A DNA stretch of 64,000 nucleotides from positions 14,611 to 78,610 of the forward strand of contig JAVJUA010000056.1 in NCBI GenBank assembly GCA_040219935.1, in the 5' to 3' direction. The stretch is from Pseudomonadales bacterium. Its GTDB lineage: Bacteria > Pseudomonadota > Gammaproteobacteria > Pseudomonadales > Azotimanducaceae. The translations under genes were made by a program, and so were the position numbers. Below the pieces are notes generated by a model. The model ran no database searches and was not told the origin of the DNA. It saw only the letters and a list, made by a program, of their open reading frames with translations. Positions 36,521 through 48,205 of the stretch are shown in pieces; the stretch's first letter is position 1, and each line of letters starts with the position of its first letter.

Positions 36521-38251
36521 ATGTGGATGCGTCGCTGTCTGTTGGTAGCCGTCGGGCTGATGTGGGGCGTGCCATCGTGGGGTGGCGAGGATGTGTGCTC
36601 GAACGTCTCGAGCGATGAGAAGCAGCTCTACTGGGGCGACCTGCACGTCCACACAGCATGGTCGCTGGACGCCTATGCCTTCGGGTCGATTGCCACGCCG
36701 GCAGATGCGTATGCGTTCGCAAAGGGTCAGCCGTTGCGGCTGGCAAACGGGGAGCAGGTGGTGATCGATCGGCCTCTGGATTTTGCTGCCGTCACCGATC
36801 ACTCCGAGACCTTCGACGTGATGTTCCTGTGCACTGATCCGGGCTACCGTGACGACGGCTACTGCCGCGCCATGCGCGATCTGCACTCCCGTCGCGAAGG
36901 TCGTCGCATATTCACCGATTACCTCCTGCCGATGATCACGCCCGAAGTTCCGGCTCCTGCGGCTTTGTGCGCCGACGACGAAGTGGACTGCGCGGCGGCC
37001 AGCAGGGGACAGTGGCGCCGGATGCAGGAAGTAGCCAATCAAGCCAACGAACCCTGCGAGTTCAGCGCGCTCATCGGCTACGAGTGGTCGGCGTCTCCCG
37101 GCGGACGGCACTGGCATCGCAACGTCATCTTCCGTTCCGCGTCGGTGCCGGACCAGGCGTTCGACTTCATACGATATCCGAACGTTGCCCGGCTCTGGCA
37201 GGCGCTCGATGATCATTGCCTGCCGGCGGAAGGATGCGACGCCCTGGCGATTCCCCACAACATAAACTGGGCCGACGGCGGCGGGTTCTCGGTTTCCTCG
37301 GAGTCGCCGCAGACGCTGGCGCTGCGGGCGCGGTTCGAGCGCCTGGCTGAGGTCCACCAGGAAAAAGGCAGCAGCGAGTGCCTGCCGCACGATCGCGCCT
37401 CGGCGGAGGATGACTGTGCGTTCGAACGCCTGACCGCGAACTTCGCTCAGCAGCATGTCGGTGGCGGAGACAACGATTCGCCTGAAGACGCGTGGGCGCG
37501 CATGCGTTCGACCTACTATCGAACGCTGCTGGGTGAGGGTTTGAAGAGCCTGGCGGCAGAGGGCTCGGAGCTGAACCCGCTGAAGCTGGGCGCCGTAGGA
37601 TCCACCGACAGTCACTTCGGCACCGCGGGCAGGGTTCAGGAGAAGGGCTACTGGGGAAGCATGTCGATGCTCTGGCAGCCCGATGAAGCGCGTATCTCCC
37701 AGGACGGCTACAACCCTGGCGGGCTGGTTGCGGTATGGGCGATTCAGAACACTCGCGAGGCGATCTTCGATGCGCTCAAGCGGCGCGAAGCGTTCGCAAC
37801 CAGCGGCCCCCGTATCAGTCTTCGCTTCGGCATCGCGCCAGAAGGAGCCTGCGCGCGACCGGGTGTCCAGTTCGATGTTCCCATGGGCGGCACGCTCAAC
37901 GCCGCACGGGCTCCGCACTTCGTCATCATGGCTGGCCGGGACGCGGCGATGCTTGGGGAGGTGCAACTGGTCAAGGGCGAGGTGCGCAATGGTGACGTCG
38001 TTGAGTCGGTGCACACCGTCGACACCTATCCGGATGGGGCTGCTGCGGTGTGTGTCGAGTGGCGTGATGACAAATTCTTCAGCGAGGCGCCGGCATACTG
38101 GTACGCCCGCGTCATCGAGATGCCGACGCCTCGGTGGACGAAGCACCTGTGCGAGGCGATGGGGCGCTGCGACGAATTTCCCGACGCGGATGCGATGGTG
38201 CGTGAGCGAGCCTGGTCATCACCGATCTGGTACGAGCCCGGTCGCGACTAG
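36521..38251 (+). CDS. DUF3604 domain-containing secreted protein
   Basis: ATG 36521 within ORF 36329..38251, preceded by GGGAGG. It has a signal peptide and the motif YWGDLHVHTAWSLDAY that I associate with DUF3604. G+C is lower than in the flanks. Confidence 0.75.
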   Translation: MWMRRCLLVAVGLMWGVPSWGGEDVCSNVSSDEKQLYWGDLHVHTAWSLDAYAFGSIATPADAYAFAKGQPLRLANGEQVVIDRPLDFAAVTDHSETFDVMFLCTDPGYRDDGYCRAMRDLHSRREGRRIFTDYLLPMITPEVPAPAALCADDEVDCAAASRGQWRRMQEVANQANEPCEFSALIGYEWSASPGGRHWHRNVIFRSASVPDQAFDFIRYPNVARLWQALDDHCLPAEGCDALAIPHNINWADGGGFSVSSESPQTLALRARFERLAEVHQEKGSSECLPHDRASAEDDCAFERLTANFAQQHVGGGDNDSPEDAWARMRSTYYRTLLGEGLKSLAAEGSELNPLKLGAVGSTDSHFGTAGRVQEKGYWGSMSMLWQPDEARISQDGYNPGGLVAVWAIQNTREAIFDALKRREAFATSGPRISLRFGIAPEGACARPGVQFDVPMGGTLNAARAPHFVIMAGRDAAMLGEVQLVKGEVRNGDVVESVHTVDTYPDGAAAVCVEWRDDKFFSEAPAYWYARVIEMPTPRWTKHLCEAMGRCDEFPDADAMVRERAWSSPIWYEPGRD

Positions 38252-38411
38252 CGGGCAGCCAACGGCCCCATCCGCCGCTCATCCCGCCAACTACTTCGGT
38301 ACCTAAGGGGTTTGCGATGCAGGCTCTGCCTGTTTATCATCCTCGGCTTGGGTGATGGCGCCGCTGCGTCGCTGTCGCATTGCTGCGGGTCTGGCCGAGA
38401 GGGAGAGGGTC

Positions 38412-40619
38412 ATGTCGAATGCTATCTGGAGATTGGTGGTGCTGGGCTCGATGAGCGCACTTGGCACTCATGGTCACGCTGCGACCTCTGAGCCGTCAGG
38501 GACGACAGCCGGTATCGAGGAGGTCGTCGTTACGGCTCAGAAGCGTGAGCAGAGCCAGCAGGATGTACCCATCTCCATGGCGGCGTTTACCGGGGAAATG
38601 GTGGAGTCAGCGGGCGCCTTCGACATCACCGGCATCAATGGATTGGCGCCCAACATCATTCTTCAGACTCAGGGGTTGGTTCCGAACGTGCCGATGTTCG
38701 CCATTCGCGGCATGAATCACAGCGATCCTGACCCGAACAGCGACCCCAAGATCAGCACCGTGATCGACGGGGTGTACGTTCCGTTCGTGGCGGGCGCATT
38801 GCTGGATCTGTTCGATCTGGAACGCGTGGAGATTCTTCGTGGTCCGCAGGGCACGCTGTTCGGTAAGAACAACCTGGCGGGAACGGTGAACGTCACCACC
38901 GCCAAGCCGACCGGCGAGTTCGGAACCACGTTGCGGGCCACGGTTGGCGACAACGGCCTGCGGCACTATCAGGCCCGGGTCAATACCGACAGCTTCGGTG
39001 GCGACAGATTCGCGGCCAAGCTGGCGCTCAGCAAGCGCGACTACGACGGATTTTCCAAGGACGTCAACACGGGGTCGAGGCTCGGTGGTGTGGATGTACG
39101 GGCCGCGCGCGGGTCTCTGACCTTTGTGCCGAACGATACGATGGATGCAACGCTGGTCGTTGACTACACGAAGGATGAGGTGGATGGTCCCGCCGGTCAC
39201 AGCCTCGGCGTGCCGGCAATTGCGGGTCGGGTCTATCGGTCGTCTCAGTCGTTTGATCCGTTCACGGAGACGGAGACGCTGGGTGTCAGTCTCCAGAGCA
39301 ACTGGTCTTTGGGCGAAGGTGTGGTTTCCCTGGTGGCCGGTCATCGCGACCTGGAGTACTTCAACCGCGGAGACTTCGATGGGCTCCCCAACAATCCCGG
39401 CCTCGATGTCGTTCGAGACTTCGAGGGCGACTATCAAAGCGTCGAGCTAAGGTACTCGAGCCCGTTGGATGGTGCCTTCGACTACGTGGCGGGCCTTTAC
39501 TACATCCAGGACGAGTGGACTCAGATCAATGACGTTATCGTGAATCCGGTGGTGAAGACGTTCGGCATCAACGAGCAGGAGGGTCGAAGCGTCGCGGCGT
39601 TTGCCCAAGCCAATTTTCACTTGCACGAAGATTGGACGCTGACCCTGGGTGGGCGTTACACGCGGGACAAGAAGGAGTTCGGTCTGCTGAGTCAGACCAT
39701 CGTCAACAACGCGATTGTTTCAGAGTTCGTCGTCCCGAAATCAGACACGTGGGACAACTTCTCCCCGAGGGTCGCGGTGGAGTACCGAGCCTCAGAGCAG
39801 GCGATGCTTTACGCATCCGTGTCCCAGGGATACAAGGGTGGCGGCTACAACTCCCGTGGCACGCTGCCGGAGAACATCGGGCCGTACGATGAAGAGACCG
39901 TGACGGCGTACGAACTGGGTATCAAGAGTGATTGGCTGGAAGGCATGCTCCGCTTCAACGGGGCCGTGTTCTTCAATCAGTTCGAGGATCTGCAGTCGTC
40001 GGTGACGCGGCAGGGCTCCGTTCGGACCGAAAACATCACGACCAACATCGCCGAGGTCGAGACGTCGGGAGTCGAGGTAGAGCTCGCGTGGCTCCCGATT
40101 CCCGAACTGCAGTTGGGACTCAATCTGGCATACCTGAAGAGCGAGTACACGGAGTTCTGCGATGACGTCAACGGACCGTCGCCAACGCCGTTCGCGTCGG
40201 ACTGCGGTGGGGCGGTAACGCCTGTCATCGTGGACGGGGCCACGCAGTATCTGGTCGCCGAAGACCAGACCTACCTCGATCTGGCCAACGCGCCGAAGTA
40301 CAGCGGCAGCGTGTCAGCCGACTACGACATACCGGTGCGCACTGGCTCGCTGGCTCTGCATGGCGATGTTCGCTATACGAGCAGATACAACACCTGGGGG
40401 CGTGACAACGACCCTGGATTCGAGCGTGATGCGGTGGCCTTGGTCAATGCCAACATCAGCTACCGGGATCATGACGGCCGGTATCAGATCATGGTTTACG
40501 GGCGCAACCTGACCGACAAGGAAGTCATGTCCGGTGCGATCAGGACGGGCGTGAACCCCCTGATTCAGTACTATCAGCCGCCGCGGGAGTTCGGCGTCAC
40601 GGCGACCGTCACCTTCTGA
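38412..40619 (+). CDS. TonB-dependent receptor
   Basis: ATG 38412 is preceded by GGGAGAGGG. It has a signal peptide, a plug domain (EEVVVTAQKREQSQQDVPISM, ERVEILRGPQGTLFGKN) and a C-terminal beta-barrel ending in TF. Confidence 0.92.
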   Translation: MSNAIWRLVVLGSMSALGTHGHAATSEPSGTTAGIEEVVVTAQKREQSQQDVPISMAAFTGEMVESAGAFDITGINGLAPNIILQTQGLVPNVPMFAIRGMNHSDPDPNSDPKISTVIDGVYVPFVAGALLDLFDLERVEILRGPQGTLFGKNNLAGTVNVTTAKPTGEFGTTLRATVGDNGLRHYQARVNTDSFGGDRFAAKLALSKRDYDGFSKDVNTGSRLGGVDVRAARGSLTFVPNDTMDATLVVDYTKDEVDGPAGHSLGVPAIAGRVYRSSQSFDPFTETETLGVSLQSNWSLGEGVVSLVAGHRDLEYFNRGDFDGLPNNPGLDVVRDFEGDYQSVELRYSSPLDGAFDYVAGLYYIQDEWTQINDVIVNPVVKTFGINEQEGRSVAAFAQANFHLHEDWTLTLGGRYTRDKKEFGLLSQTIVNNAIVSEFVVPKSDTWDNFSPRVAVEYRASEQAMLYASVSQGYKGGGYNSRGTLPENIGPYDEETVTAYELGIKSDWLEGMLRFNGAVFFNQFEDLQSSVTRQGSVRTENITTNIAEVETSGVEVELAWLPIPELQLGLNLAYLKSEYTEFCDDVNGPSPTPFASDCGGAVTPVIVDGATQYLVAEDQTYLDLANAPKYSGSVSADYDIPVRTGSLALHGDVRYTSRYNTWGRDNDPGFERDAVALVNANISYRDHDGRYQIMVYGRNLTDKEVMSGAIRTGVNPLIQYYQPPREFGVTATVTF

Positions 40620-40688
40620 GGCTCGATGAGCGATCTTCGCCGGCGCTGCCGTGCCTCGTGACGGCTCGCCTAGGGGCTCAGCCCTGGC

Positions 40689-40913
40689 TCAGGCCCCCAG
40701 TCGCATCTGGCGGGCGCGTCCGCCGCGTCGGTAAGGTTTCGACAGCAGCAAGCCCGGATCGAGCCGGCCGTAAAGGGCGATGGCGTTCTCTATGTAGCCT
40801 GATGTGTCGACGTGGGTGAGCAGCAGGTCGCTGGGCTCGGCGTTTTTCAGCGTGGTTCATAGACCCGGCGCGGGATTCGGCCCTCGATGAGGCCCTTGCG
40901 GCAGTGGTTTGAG
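40689..40913 (-). pseudogene. 3' remnant of an unidentified gene, cut off by tRNA-Val and carrying one frameshift
   Basis: Two adjacent high-GC3 frames with no usable start: ...NHCRKGLIEGRIPRRVYEPR then TLKNAEPSDLLLTHVDTSGYIENAIALYGRLDPGLLLSKPYRRGGRARQMRLGA(stop 40689). Family not recognised. Confidence 0.3.
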
Positions 40914-40990
<77 letters not shown>

Positions 40991-41145
40991 GAAACGAGCC
41001 ACCGGTGACAGCCTGCCGGTGTCGGTGCAGGCCGCGAACTTTATCGGAGCGCACCCCGCAAGTCGAGTCGTAGGGGAAATCACGGGTTTCGGCAGCCGGA
41101 ACGCGCCGCCAGACTTTAGGCCACAAAATCGATTGGAGATCCGGC

Positions 41146-41481
41146 ATGGCTGGCAAGTTCGAGCTCTACAAGGACAAAGCGGGAGAGTTCCGCTTCCGCC
41201 TGAAAGCTTCCAATGGCCAGAACATTCTCGCCAGCGAAGGGTACTCGGCCCGCAAATCCGCCCTGGGCGGTGTAGAGTCGGTAAAAAAGAATGCCGCAGT
41301 ACCGGCGCGATTCGAGACCAAGAGCTCGAGCAACGGCAAGTGGTACTTCGTGTTGAAGGCGGCCAATGGCCAGGACATCGGCCGTAGCGAACTTTACGAT
41401 TCCGAGGCTTCCTGCGCATCCGGGATCCAGTCGGTTGCCAGCCACGCGCCGGAAGCCGCCCTGGTCGATCTCACTACTTAG
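41146..41481 (+). CDS. YegP family protein (tandem DUF1508)
   Basis: 111-aa ORF with two internal repeats (FELYKDKAGEFRFRLKASNGQNILASEGY and KWYFVLKAANGQDIGRSELY). Confidence 0.85.
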   Translation: MAGKFELYKDKAGEFRFRLKASNGQNILASEGYSARKSALGGVESVKKNAAVPARFETKSSSNGKWYFVLKAANGQDIGRSELYDSEASCASGIQSVASHAPEAALVDLTT

Positions 41482-41732
41482 GCCCCAGCGTCCGGCCCAT
41501 CGAGGCTTGCGCCAACCCGGTCTTGTGCAGCGCACGGCAGGCGGCGTAAAATTCGCGCCGCTGTCGGCATGCGTGAGGGTGCGGATGGCTTGTCCCGCGG
41601 TGCTTGGGCATTGGCGGGCGATGCATGGTCGGCCAATCCCCGGAGAGACAGGGGACGGGCGGCCGTTTTGCGTATGTGTATCCGACGGCCGCGATCGGGT
41701 AGGAGATTTGCCAGGGATGATGGAGAACGCCT

Positions 41733-42299
41733 ATTAAAAAGGGTGGAGCTAAGCGCGTCGAAAAGTCACTTCTCAATGAAGAGATTCGTGCGACGAAAGT
41801 GCGCTTGATCGGAGCCGACGGCAGTCAGGTCGGCGTGGTGCCACGGAGCGACGCCCTGGACGAAGCCCGCCGGGCCGGTCTCGATCTGGTGCTGATTGCG
41901 CCTGACGCCGAGCCGCCGGTGGTCAAGGTCATGGACTACGGCAAGCACCTCTTCGAGCTGAAGAAGACCAAGGCAGCTCAGCGCAAGAAGCAGAAGCAGA
42001 TCCAGATCAAAGAGGTGAAGTTCCGGCCCGGTACGGAAGAAGGCGACTATCAGGTCAAGCTGCGCAACCTGAAGCGCTTCCTCGAAGACGGAGACAAGGC
42101 CAAGGTGTCGTTGCGCTTTCGCGGCCGTGAGGTGGTGCATCCGGAGATCGGCTTGCAGCTCATGACGCGCATCGCGGAAGACCTTTCGGAGATGGGGCAG
42201 GTGGAATCCGAGCCCAAGTTCGAAGGTCGGCAGATGATCATGGTCGTGGCTCCCAGCAAAAAAACGAAGAAGGCCTCGAAAGCCCCAGAGACTCAGTAA
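41733..42299 (+). CDS. infC: Translation initiation factor IF-3, ATT (AUU) start
   Basis: The track ORF (41799) starts too late. The conserved N-terminus [30 protein letters not shown] opens at ATT 41733, 5 nt after GGAGAA. An AUU start is the known infC autoregulatory feature. Confidence 0.92.
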   Translation: MKKGGAKRVEKSLLNEEIRATKVRLIGADGSQVGVVPRSDALDEARRAGLDLVLIAPDAEPPVVKVMDYGKHLFELKKTKAAQRKKQKQIQIKEVKFRPGTEEGDYQVKLRNLKRFLEDGDKAKVSLRFRGREVVHPEIGLQLMTRIAEDLSEMGQVESEPKFEGRQMIMVVAPSKKTKKASKAPETQ

Positions 42300-42354
42300 C
42301 TTTGAGCGCCCCAGGTCCTAGAGGCTGAAGGGCAGACAGATAGCGGAGCAGATA

Positions 42355-42555
42355 ATGCCGAAGATGAAATCCAACTCCGGCGCGGCGAAGCGTTTTCGCC
42401 GTACCGCCAGCGGGTACAAGCACCGCCAGGCGAACCGGAATCACATCCTGACCAAGAAAGCCTCGAAGCGGAAACGTCAGCTTCGCGGGCTGGAAGCCGT
42501 ATCACCGTCCGATGTCGGACGCATCCGGCGCATGTTGCCGACCAAGGCCCGATAA
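42355..42555 (+). CDS. rpmI: 50S ribosomal protein L35
   Basis: 66-aa ORF beginning [14 protein letters not shown]. Confidence 0.97.
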   Translation: MPKMKSNSGAAKRFRRTASGYKHRQANRNHILTKKASKRKRQLRGLEAVSPSDVGRIRRMLPTKAR

Positions 42556-42567
42556 GGAGGACGCCGC

Positions 42568-44159
<1,592 letters not shown>

Positions 44160-44180
44160 TCCGCGGAGAAAGGAGCGCTC

Positions 44181-46565
44181 ATGAAGTTCAGTGAAGCCTG
44201 GCTGCGGGAATGGGTGAACCCTGCCATCGATCGTGATGCCCTGTTCGCCCAGCTCACCATGGCCGGTCTCGAGGTCGAGGGCGCCGAGCCCGTGGCGGGC
44301 GCCTTCGCCGGCGTGGTGGTGGGCGAGGTGCTGAGCGTGCGCCGGCATCCAGACGCCGAGAAGCTGTCGGTGTGCGAGGTGACCGATGGCGCGGAGCGGT
44401 TTCAGGTAGTGTGCGGGGCGCCCAACGTGCGCGACGGCATGCGCACCGCGTTCGCCCGCGTGGGCGCGCTGCTGCCGGGCGACCTGAAGATCCGCAAGGC
44501 CAAGCTGCGCGGCGTGGAGTCGCACGGCATGCTCTGCAGCGCCGCCGAGCTGGGCCTCGGCGACGATCACGACGGCATCATGGATCTGGGAGACGGGGCG
44601 GCCACCGGCGCCGACCTGCGCGAGGCGCTCGCCCTCGACGATGTGATCGCCGAGCTCAACATCACGCCGAACCGGGGCGACTGCCTGTCGCTGCGCGGGC
44701 TCGCGCGTGAGGTCGGGGTGCTGAACGACCTGGCCGTGCGCGAGCCCGAAGATGTGGCGGTGGCGCCCGCCATCGACGACGCCTTTCCGGTGGTGCTGAC
44801 GGCGCCGGAGGGCTGTCCGCGCTACCTGGGACGGGTGGTGCGCGGCATCGATATCACCCGGCCGAGCCCGGCGTGGCTGGTGGAGAAGCTGCGGCGCTGT
44901 GGGTTGCGCAGCATCGACCCGGTGGTGGACGTCACCAACTACGTGATGCTCGAGCTGGGTCAGCCCATGCATGCCTTCGATCTGGCGCGGCTGCGGGGGC
45001 GCATCGACGTCCGCCAGGCTCGATCGGGCGAGACGTTGACGCTGCTCGACGGTCAGTCGGTCAACCTGCACGAGTCGTCGCTGCTGATCACTGACGACGA
45101 CGGCCCGGTCGCCATGGCCGGGGTGATGGGCGGCGAGCGCAGCGGCGTGCAGGACGACACCCGCGACGTCTTTCTCGAGTGTGCCTTCTTCGCGCCGCTG
45201 GCCGTCGCCGGCACGGCGCGCCGCTATGGCCTGCACACCGATGCCTCGCAGCGCTACGAACGGGGCGTGGATCATGCGTTGCAGCACCGGGCCATGGAAC
45301 GGGCCACCCGGCTGCTGCTCGACATCGTCGGCGGTGCGGCAGGACCGGTCTGCGAGTCGGTGGCACCCGAGCACCTGCCGCCGGCCGTCACGGTGCGGTT
45401 GCGGGAGCGTCGGCTGCGTGCCCTGTTGGGGGTGGAGATTGATCCCGCGGACGTTGACCAGGCCCTGCTGCGCCTGCACTTCCGCCTCGTCGAGCGCGTC
45501 GAGACGGGCGACGACGGCGTCTGCTGGACCATCGAATCGCCGAGCCACCGCTTCGACATCGAGCGCGAGGTTGATCTGGTCGAGGAGGTGTGCCGCATCT
45601 ACGGCTACAACCGGGTGACGCCCAGGCGACCGGTGACCGGCCTGGCGCTGCGCGAGGTGCCGCGTACCGAGACCCCCGAGCCGACGCTGAAGCGTCGGCT
45701 GGCGGCCCTCGGCTGGCAGGAGGCGGTCACGTACAGCTTCGTGGATCCGCGCCTGGTCGACCTGCTGGACCCGGGCGCCGACCCGCTGCGGCTGGCCAAC
45801 CCGATGTCGCTGGAGCAGGCGGTGATGCGCACCAACCTGCTGCCGGGGCTGGTGGGCGCGCTGCGGGCCAATCTGGCCCGGCAGCAGGAACGGGTGCGGC
45901 TGTTCGAGGTGGGGTTGTGCTTCCATCCCGGAGCCGAGCTCACCCAGACTGCCTGGGTGGGCGGCGTCTGCTGCGGCAGCCGGCTGCCGGTGAACTGGGC
46001 TCAGCCGGGCGAACCGGCGGACTTCTTCGACGTCAAGGGCGTGGTGGAGCAACTCGTCGAGGCCGGAGGCCCGCGGCGGATCGAATACCAGGCAACGGTG
46101 GACCCGGTGCTGCATCCCGGGCAGGCGGCCACGCTGCTGATCGACGGTGAGACCGCCGGACGGCTGGGTCGGCTGCATCCTGAAATCGAAGCCCGAATGG
46201 AAATTACAAAGCCTGTCTATCTATTTGAAATCAAAGCCGAGATGCTGCTGAGGCAAGCGCTACGTCGGCATCGGGGCATCTCACGATTCCCCAGCGTGCG
46301 CCGGGATCTTGCCCTCGTGGTCGGTCTCGACGTGCCGGCGGGCGCCGTCGAGTCGGTTGTCCGGGAGACCCTGGGCGACATTCTGGTCGACTTCAGGCTC
46401 TTTGACGTTTATCAGGGTAAGGGTATTGATTCTAATGAGAAAAGTCTGGCGGTGGGCTTGACCTTGCAGGACGCCTCGGCCACTCTTACCGACGATCAGA
46501 TCGGACGCTACACACAGCGTGTGGTGACGGCGTTGCAGGAGGCCGTGGGCGCCCGTCTGCGTTGA
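44181..46565 (+). CDS. pheT: Phenylalanine--tRNA ligase beta subunit
   Basis: 794-aa ORF with N-terminus [14 protein letters not shown] and the tRNA-binding, B3/4, B5 and FDX-ACB domain order. Confidence 0.96.
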   Translation: MKFSEAWLREWVNPAIDRDALFAQLTMAGLEVEGAEPVAGAFAGVVVGEVLSVRRHPDAEKLSVCEVTDGAERFQVVCGAPNVRDGMRTAFARVGALLPGDLKIRKAKLRGVESHGMLCSAAELGLGDDHDGIMDLGDGAATGADLREALALDDVIAELNITPNRGDCLSLRGLAREVGVLNDLAVREPEDVAVAPAIDDAFPVVLTAPEGCPRYLGRVVRGIDITRPSPAWLVEKLRRCGLRSIDPVVDVTNYVMLELGQPMHAFDLARLRGRIDVRQARSGETLTLLDGQSVNLHESSLLITDDDGPVAMAGVMGGERSGVQDDTRDVFLECAFFAPLAVAGTARRYGLHTDASQRYERGVDHALQHRAMERATRLLLDIVGGAAGPVCESVAPEHLPPAVTVRLRERRLRALLGVEIDPADVDQALLRLHFRLVERVETGDDGVCWTIESPSHRFDIEREVDLVEEVCRIYGYNRVTPRRPVTGLALREVPRTETPEPTLKRRLAALGWQEAVTYSFVDPRLVDLLDPGADPLRLANPMSLEQAVMRTNLLPGLVGALRANLARQQERVRLFEVGLCFHPGAELTQTAWVGGVCCGSRLPVNWAQPGEPADFFDVKGVVEQLVEAGGPRRIEYQATVDPVLHPGQAATLLIDGETAGRLGRLHPEIEARMEITKPVYLFEIKAEMLLRQALRRHRGISRFPSVRRDLALVVGLDVPAGAVESVVRETLGDILVDFRLFDVYQGKGIDSNEKSLAVGLTLQDASATLTDDQIGRYTQRVVTALQEAVGARLR

Positions 46566-46627
46566 GTCGAGCCAACGCAACAGAACAACGATACCGATTC
46601 GACGAAGAGAGAAGGGGAGGCCCCGAG

Positions 46628-46936
46628 TTGAGTGCTCTGACCAAGGCGCAGATGGCAGACCGGCTGTTCGAGGAGCTTGGCCTCAACAAGCGCGAAGCCA
46701 AGGAGATCGTCGAGATGTTCTTCGACGAGATTCGCAACTCGCTGGAGAAGAACGAGCAGGTGAAGCTGTCGGGATTCGGCAACTTCGATCTGCGGGAGAA
46801 GGGAGAGCGGCCGGGCCGCAACCCCAAGACCGGAGAGGAGATCCCGATCTCGGCGCGTCGCGTGGTGACGTTCCGGCCGGGCCAGAAGCTGAAGTCCCGA
46901 GTGGAAGCCTATGCTGGACGCCAGTCAGAACGATGA
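46628..46936 (+). CDS. ihfA: Integration host factor alpha subunit, probable TTG start
   Basis: (M)[35 protein letters not shown]...[26 protein letters not shown] aligns with E. coli IhfA from residue 1. TTG 46628 lies 8 nt after GGGGAGG. Confidence 0.92.
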   Translation: MSALTKAQMADRLFEELGLNKREAKEIVEMFFDEIRNSLEKNEQVKLSGFGNFDLREKGERPGRNPKTGEEIPISARRVVTFRPGQKLKSRVEAYAGRQSER

Positions 46937-47267
46937 GTTGCCGCCCATTCCGGGCAAGCGCTACTTCACCATCGGGGAGGTCAGCCAGCTCTGCGACGTG
47001 AAGCCCCATGTGCTGCGGTACTGGGAGCAGGAGTTTCCTCAGCTCAAGCCGGTGAAGCGGCGAGGCAATCGTCGCTACTATCAGCGCCAGGACGTGATCG
47101 TCATCCGCCAGATCCGCGGCCTGCTCTACGATCAGGGCTTCACCATCGGCGGCGCCCGACAGCGCCTGCAGGGCGACGAGGCCAAGCAGGACCAGACCCA
47201 GTTCAAGCTGCTGGTCAAGCAGATGATCGTCGAGCTCGAAGACGTGCTGCGGGTTCTCAAAGCCTGA
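46911..47267 (+). CDS. MerR family transcriptional regulator (the conserved partner downstream of ihfA)
   Basis: 118-aa ORF with [28 protein letters not shown]. It overlaps the ihfA 3' end by 26 nt. Confidence 0.85.
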   Translation: MLDASQNDELPPIPGKRYFTIGEVSQLCDVKPHVLRYWEQEFPQLKPVKRRGNRRYYQRQDVIVIRQIRGLLYDQGFTIGGARQRLQGDEAKQDQTQFKLLVKQMIVELEDVLRVLKA

Positions 47268-47274
47268 TTCTTCC

Positions 47275-47700
47275 GTGAGCTTTGCCGAAGTCGCCTTGCG
47301 CCTGGGTACTTGCCTGGTGGCGTGGATGGTGATCTACGCTTACCTGCTCTGGGTTGCCGTGCTGCGGGTGAGCGGCTGCGACGCCGATGGCGAGGCGTTG
47401 TGGCGCCTGTTGCTGGGCGTCGCGCCCGCGGCTGCCCTGGCCGCCGGCCTCGTCGGCCTGACCCGGCCGATCTCCGAGGTTCACGAACTGCTGCGCTGGG
47501 GACGACTTCCCCTGCTGCTGCTGCTGCCTCTGTCCCTGGCCGGCATCTGGCCCACGTTCGAGCGCGTGACGGTGTCCGGGCTCGCCATCTGCGGGCCGGG
47601 ACCCGCGCCGATCTGGCAGGCATGGTGGGCGCCGCTGCAGCTCCTCGCGCTCACGGCCGTCATCGTCATCGCGTGGCGCCGGAGTGCGGCTTCGCGCTGA
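47275..47700 (+). CDS. Hypothetical integral membrane protein
   Basis: 141-aa ORF with a GTG start, four hydrophobic segments and high GC3. No family recognised. Confidence 0.5.
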   Translation: MSFAEVALRLGTCLVAWMVIYAYLLWVAVLRVSGCDADGEALWRLLLGVAPAAALAAGLVGLTRPISEVHELLRWGRLPLLLLLPLSLAGIWPTFERVTVSGLAICGPGPAPIWQAWWAPLQLLALTAVIVIAWRRSAASR

Positions 47701-47725
47701 CTCCGACCCTACGTGCAACTCCCTG

Positions 47726-47754
47726 TTGGCCGCCGCGCCAGTCAGTGCTATACA
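47726..47754 (+). promoter_or_regulatory. Sigma-70-like promoter candidate for mscL (TTGGCC-N17-TATACA)
   Basis: Hexamers lie at 47726-47731 and 47749-47754 with a 17-nt spacer, ~47 nt upstream of the mscL ATG. Confidence 0.35.
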
Positions 47755-47800
47755 GTCTGCTGACCTGTGCGTGTGTGTTTTCAGAATCGGGGGATGCTCT

Positions 47801-48202
47801 ATGGGAATGGTTGCTGAGTTCAAGGCCTTCGCCATGCGTGGCAACGTGGTCGACATGGCGGTCGGCATCGTCATCGGCGGCGCGTTCGGCAAGATCGTAT
47901 CGTCGTTCGTCGCCGACGTGCTGATGCCGCCGATCGGCCTGCTGATCGGGAACGTGGACTTTTCCGATCTGGTGATCACGCTGGCTGCCGCAGAGGGGGG
48001 GAGTGCGGCCGTGGTGATGAGCTACGGCAAGTTCATTCAGTCGGTGGTGGACTTCGTCATCATCGCCTTCGCCATCTTCCTCGTCGTCAAGGCCATGAAC
48101 TCGCTCAAGAAGAAGGAGGAAGCGGCTCCCGCGGCGCCGCCGGCGCCCAGCAAGGAAGAGGTGCTGCTTACCGAGATTCGCGACGCCCTGCGCGCACGCT
48201 GA
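47801..48202 (+). CDS. mscL: Large-conductance mechanosensitive channel
   Basis: ATG 47801. [46 protein letters not shown] is the canonical MscL N-terminus. Confidence 0.93.
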   Translation: MGMVAEFKAFAMRGNVVDMAVGIVIGGAFGKIVSSFVADVLMPPIGLLIGNVDFSDLVITLAAAEGGSAAVVMSYGKFIQSVVDFVIIAFAIFLVVKAMNSLKKKEEAAPAAPPAPSKEEVLLTEIRDALRAR

Positions 48203-48205
48203 CGC

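Noticed and set aside
38290-38411. Fur box upstream of the TonB-dependent receptor (tgtttatcatcc)
   Set aside because: It gives only a weak partial match to the 19-bp Fur consensus from memory. That is not enough to call.
40861-40890. Degenerate copy of the tRNA-Val 3' end (ggcgcgggattcggccc vs ggcgcgcccggattcgaacc) as an island att repeat
   Set aside because: The match is only about 13 positions with two gaps, and it lies 46 bp from the tRNA rather than at the far end of the low-GC block. It cannot be distinguished from chance without a genome-wide comparison.
41474-41776. 100-aa minus-strand ORF in the infC leader with a vaguely HTH-like tail (EFYAACRALHKTGLAQASMGRTLG)
   Set aside because: There is no RBS. 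The N-terminal two-thirds are His/Pro-rich low complexity. It overlaps both the yegP stop and the infC start. At best it is an unrecognisable relic.
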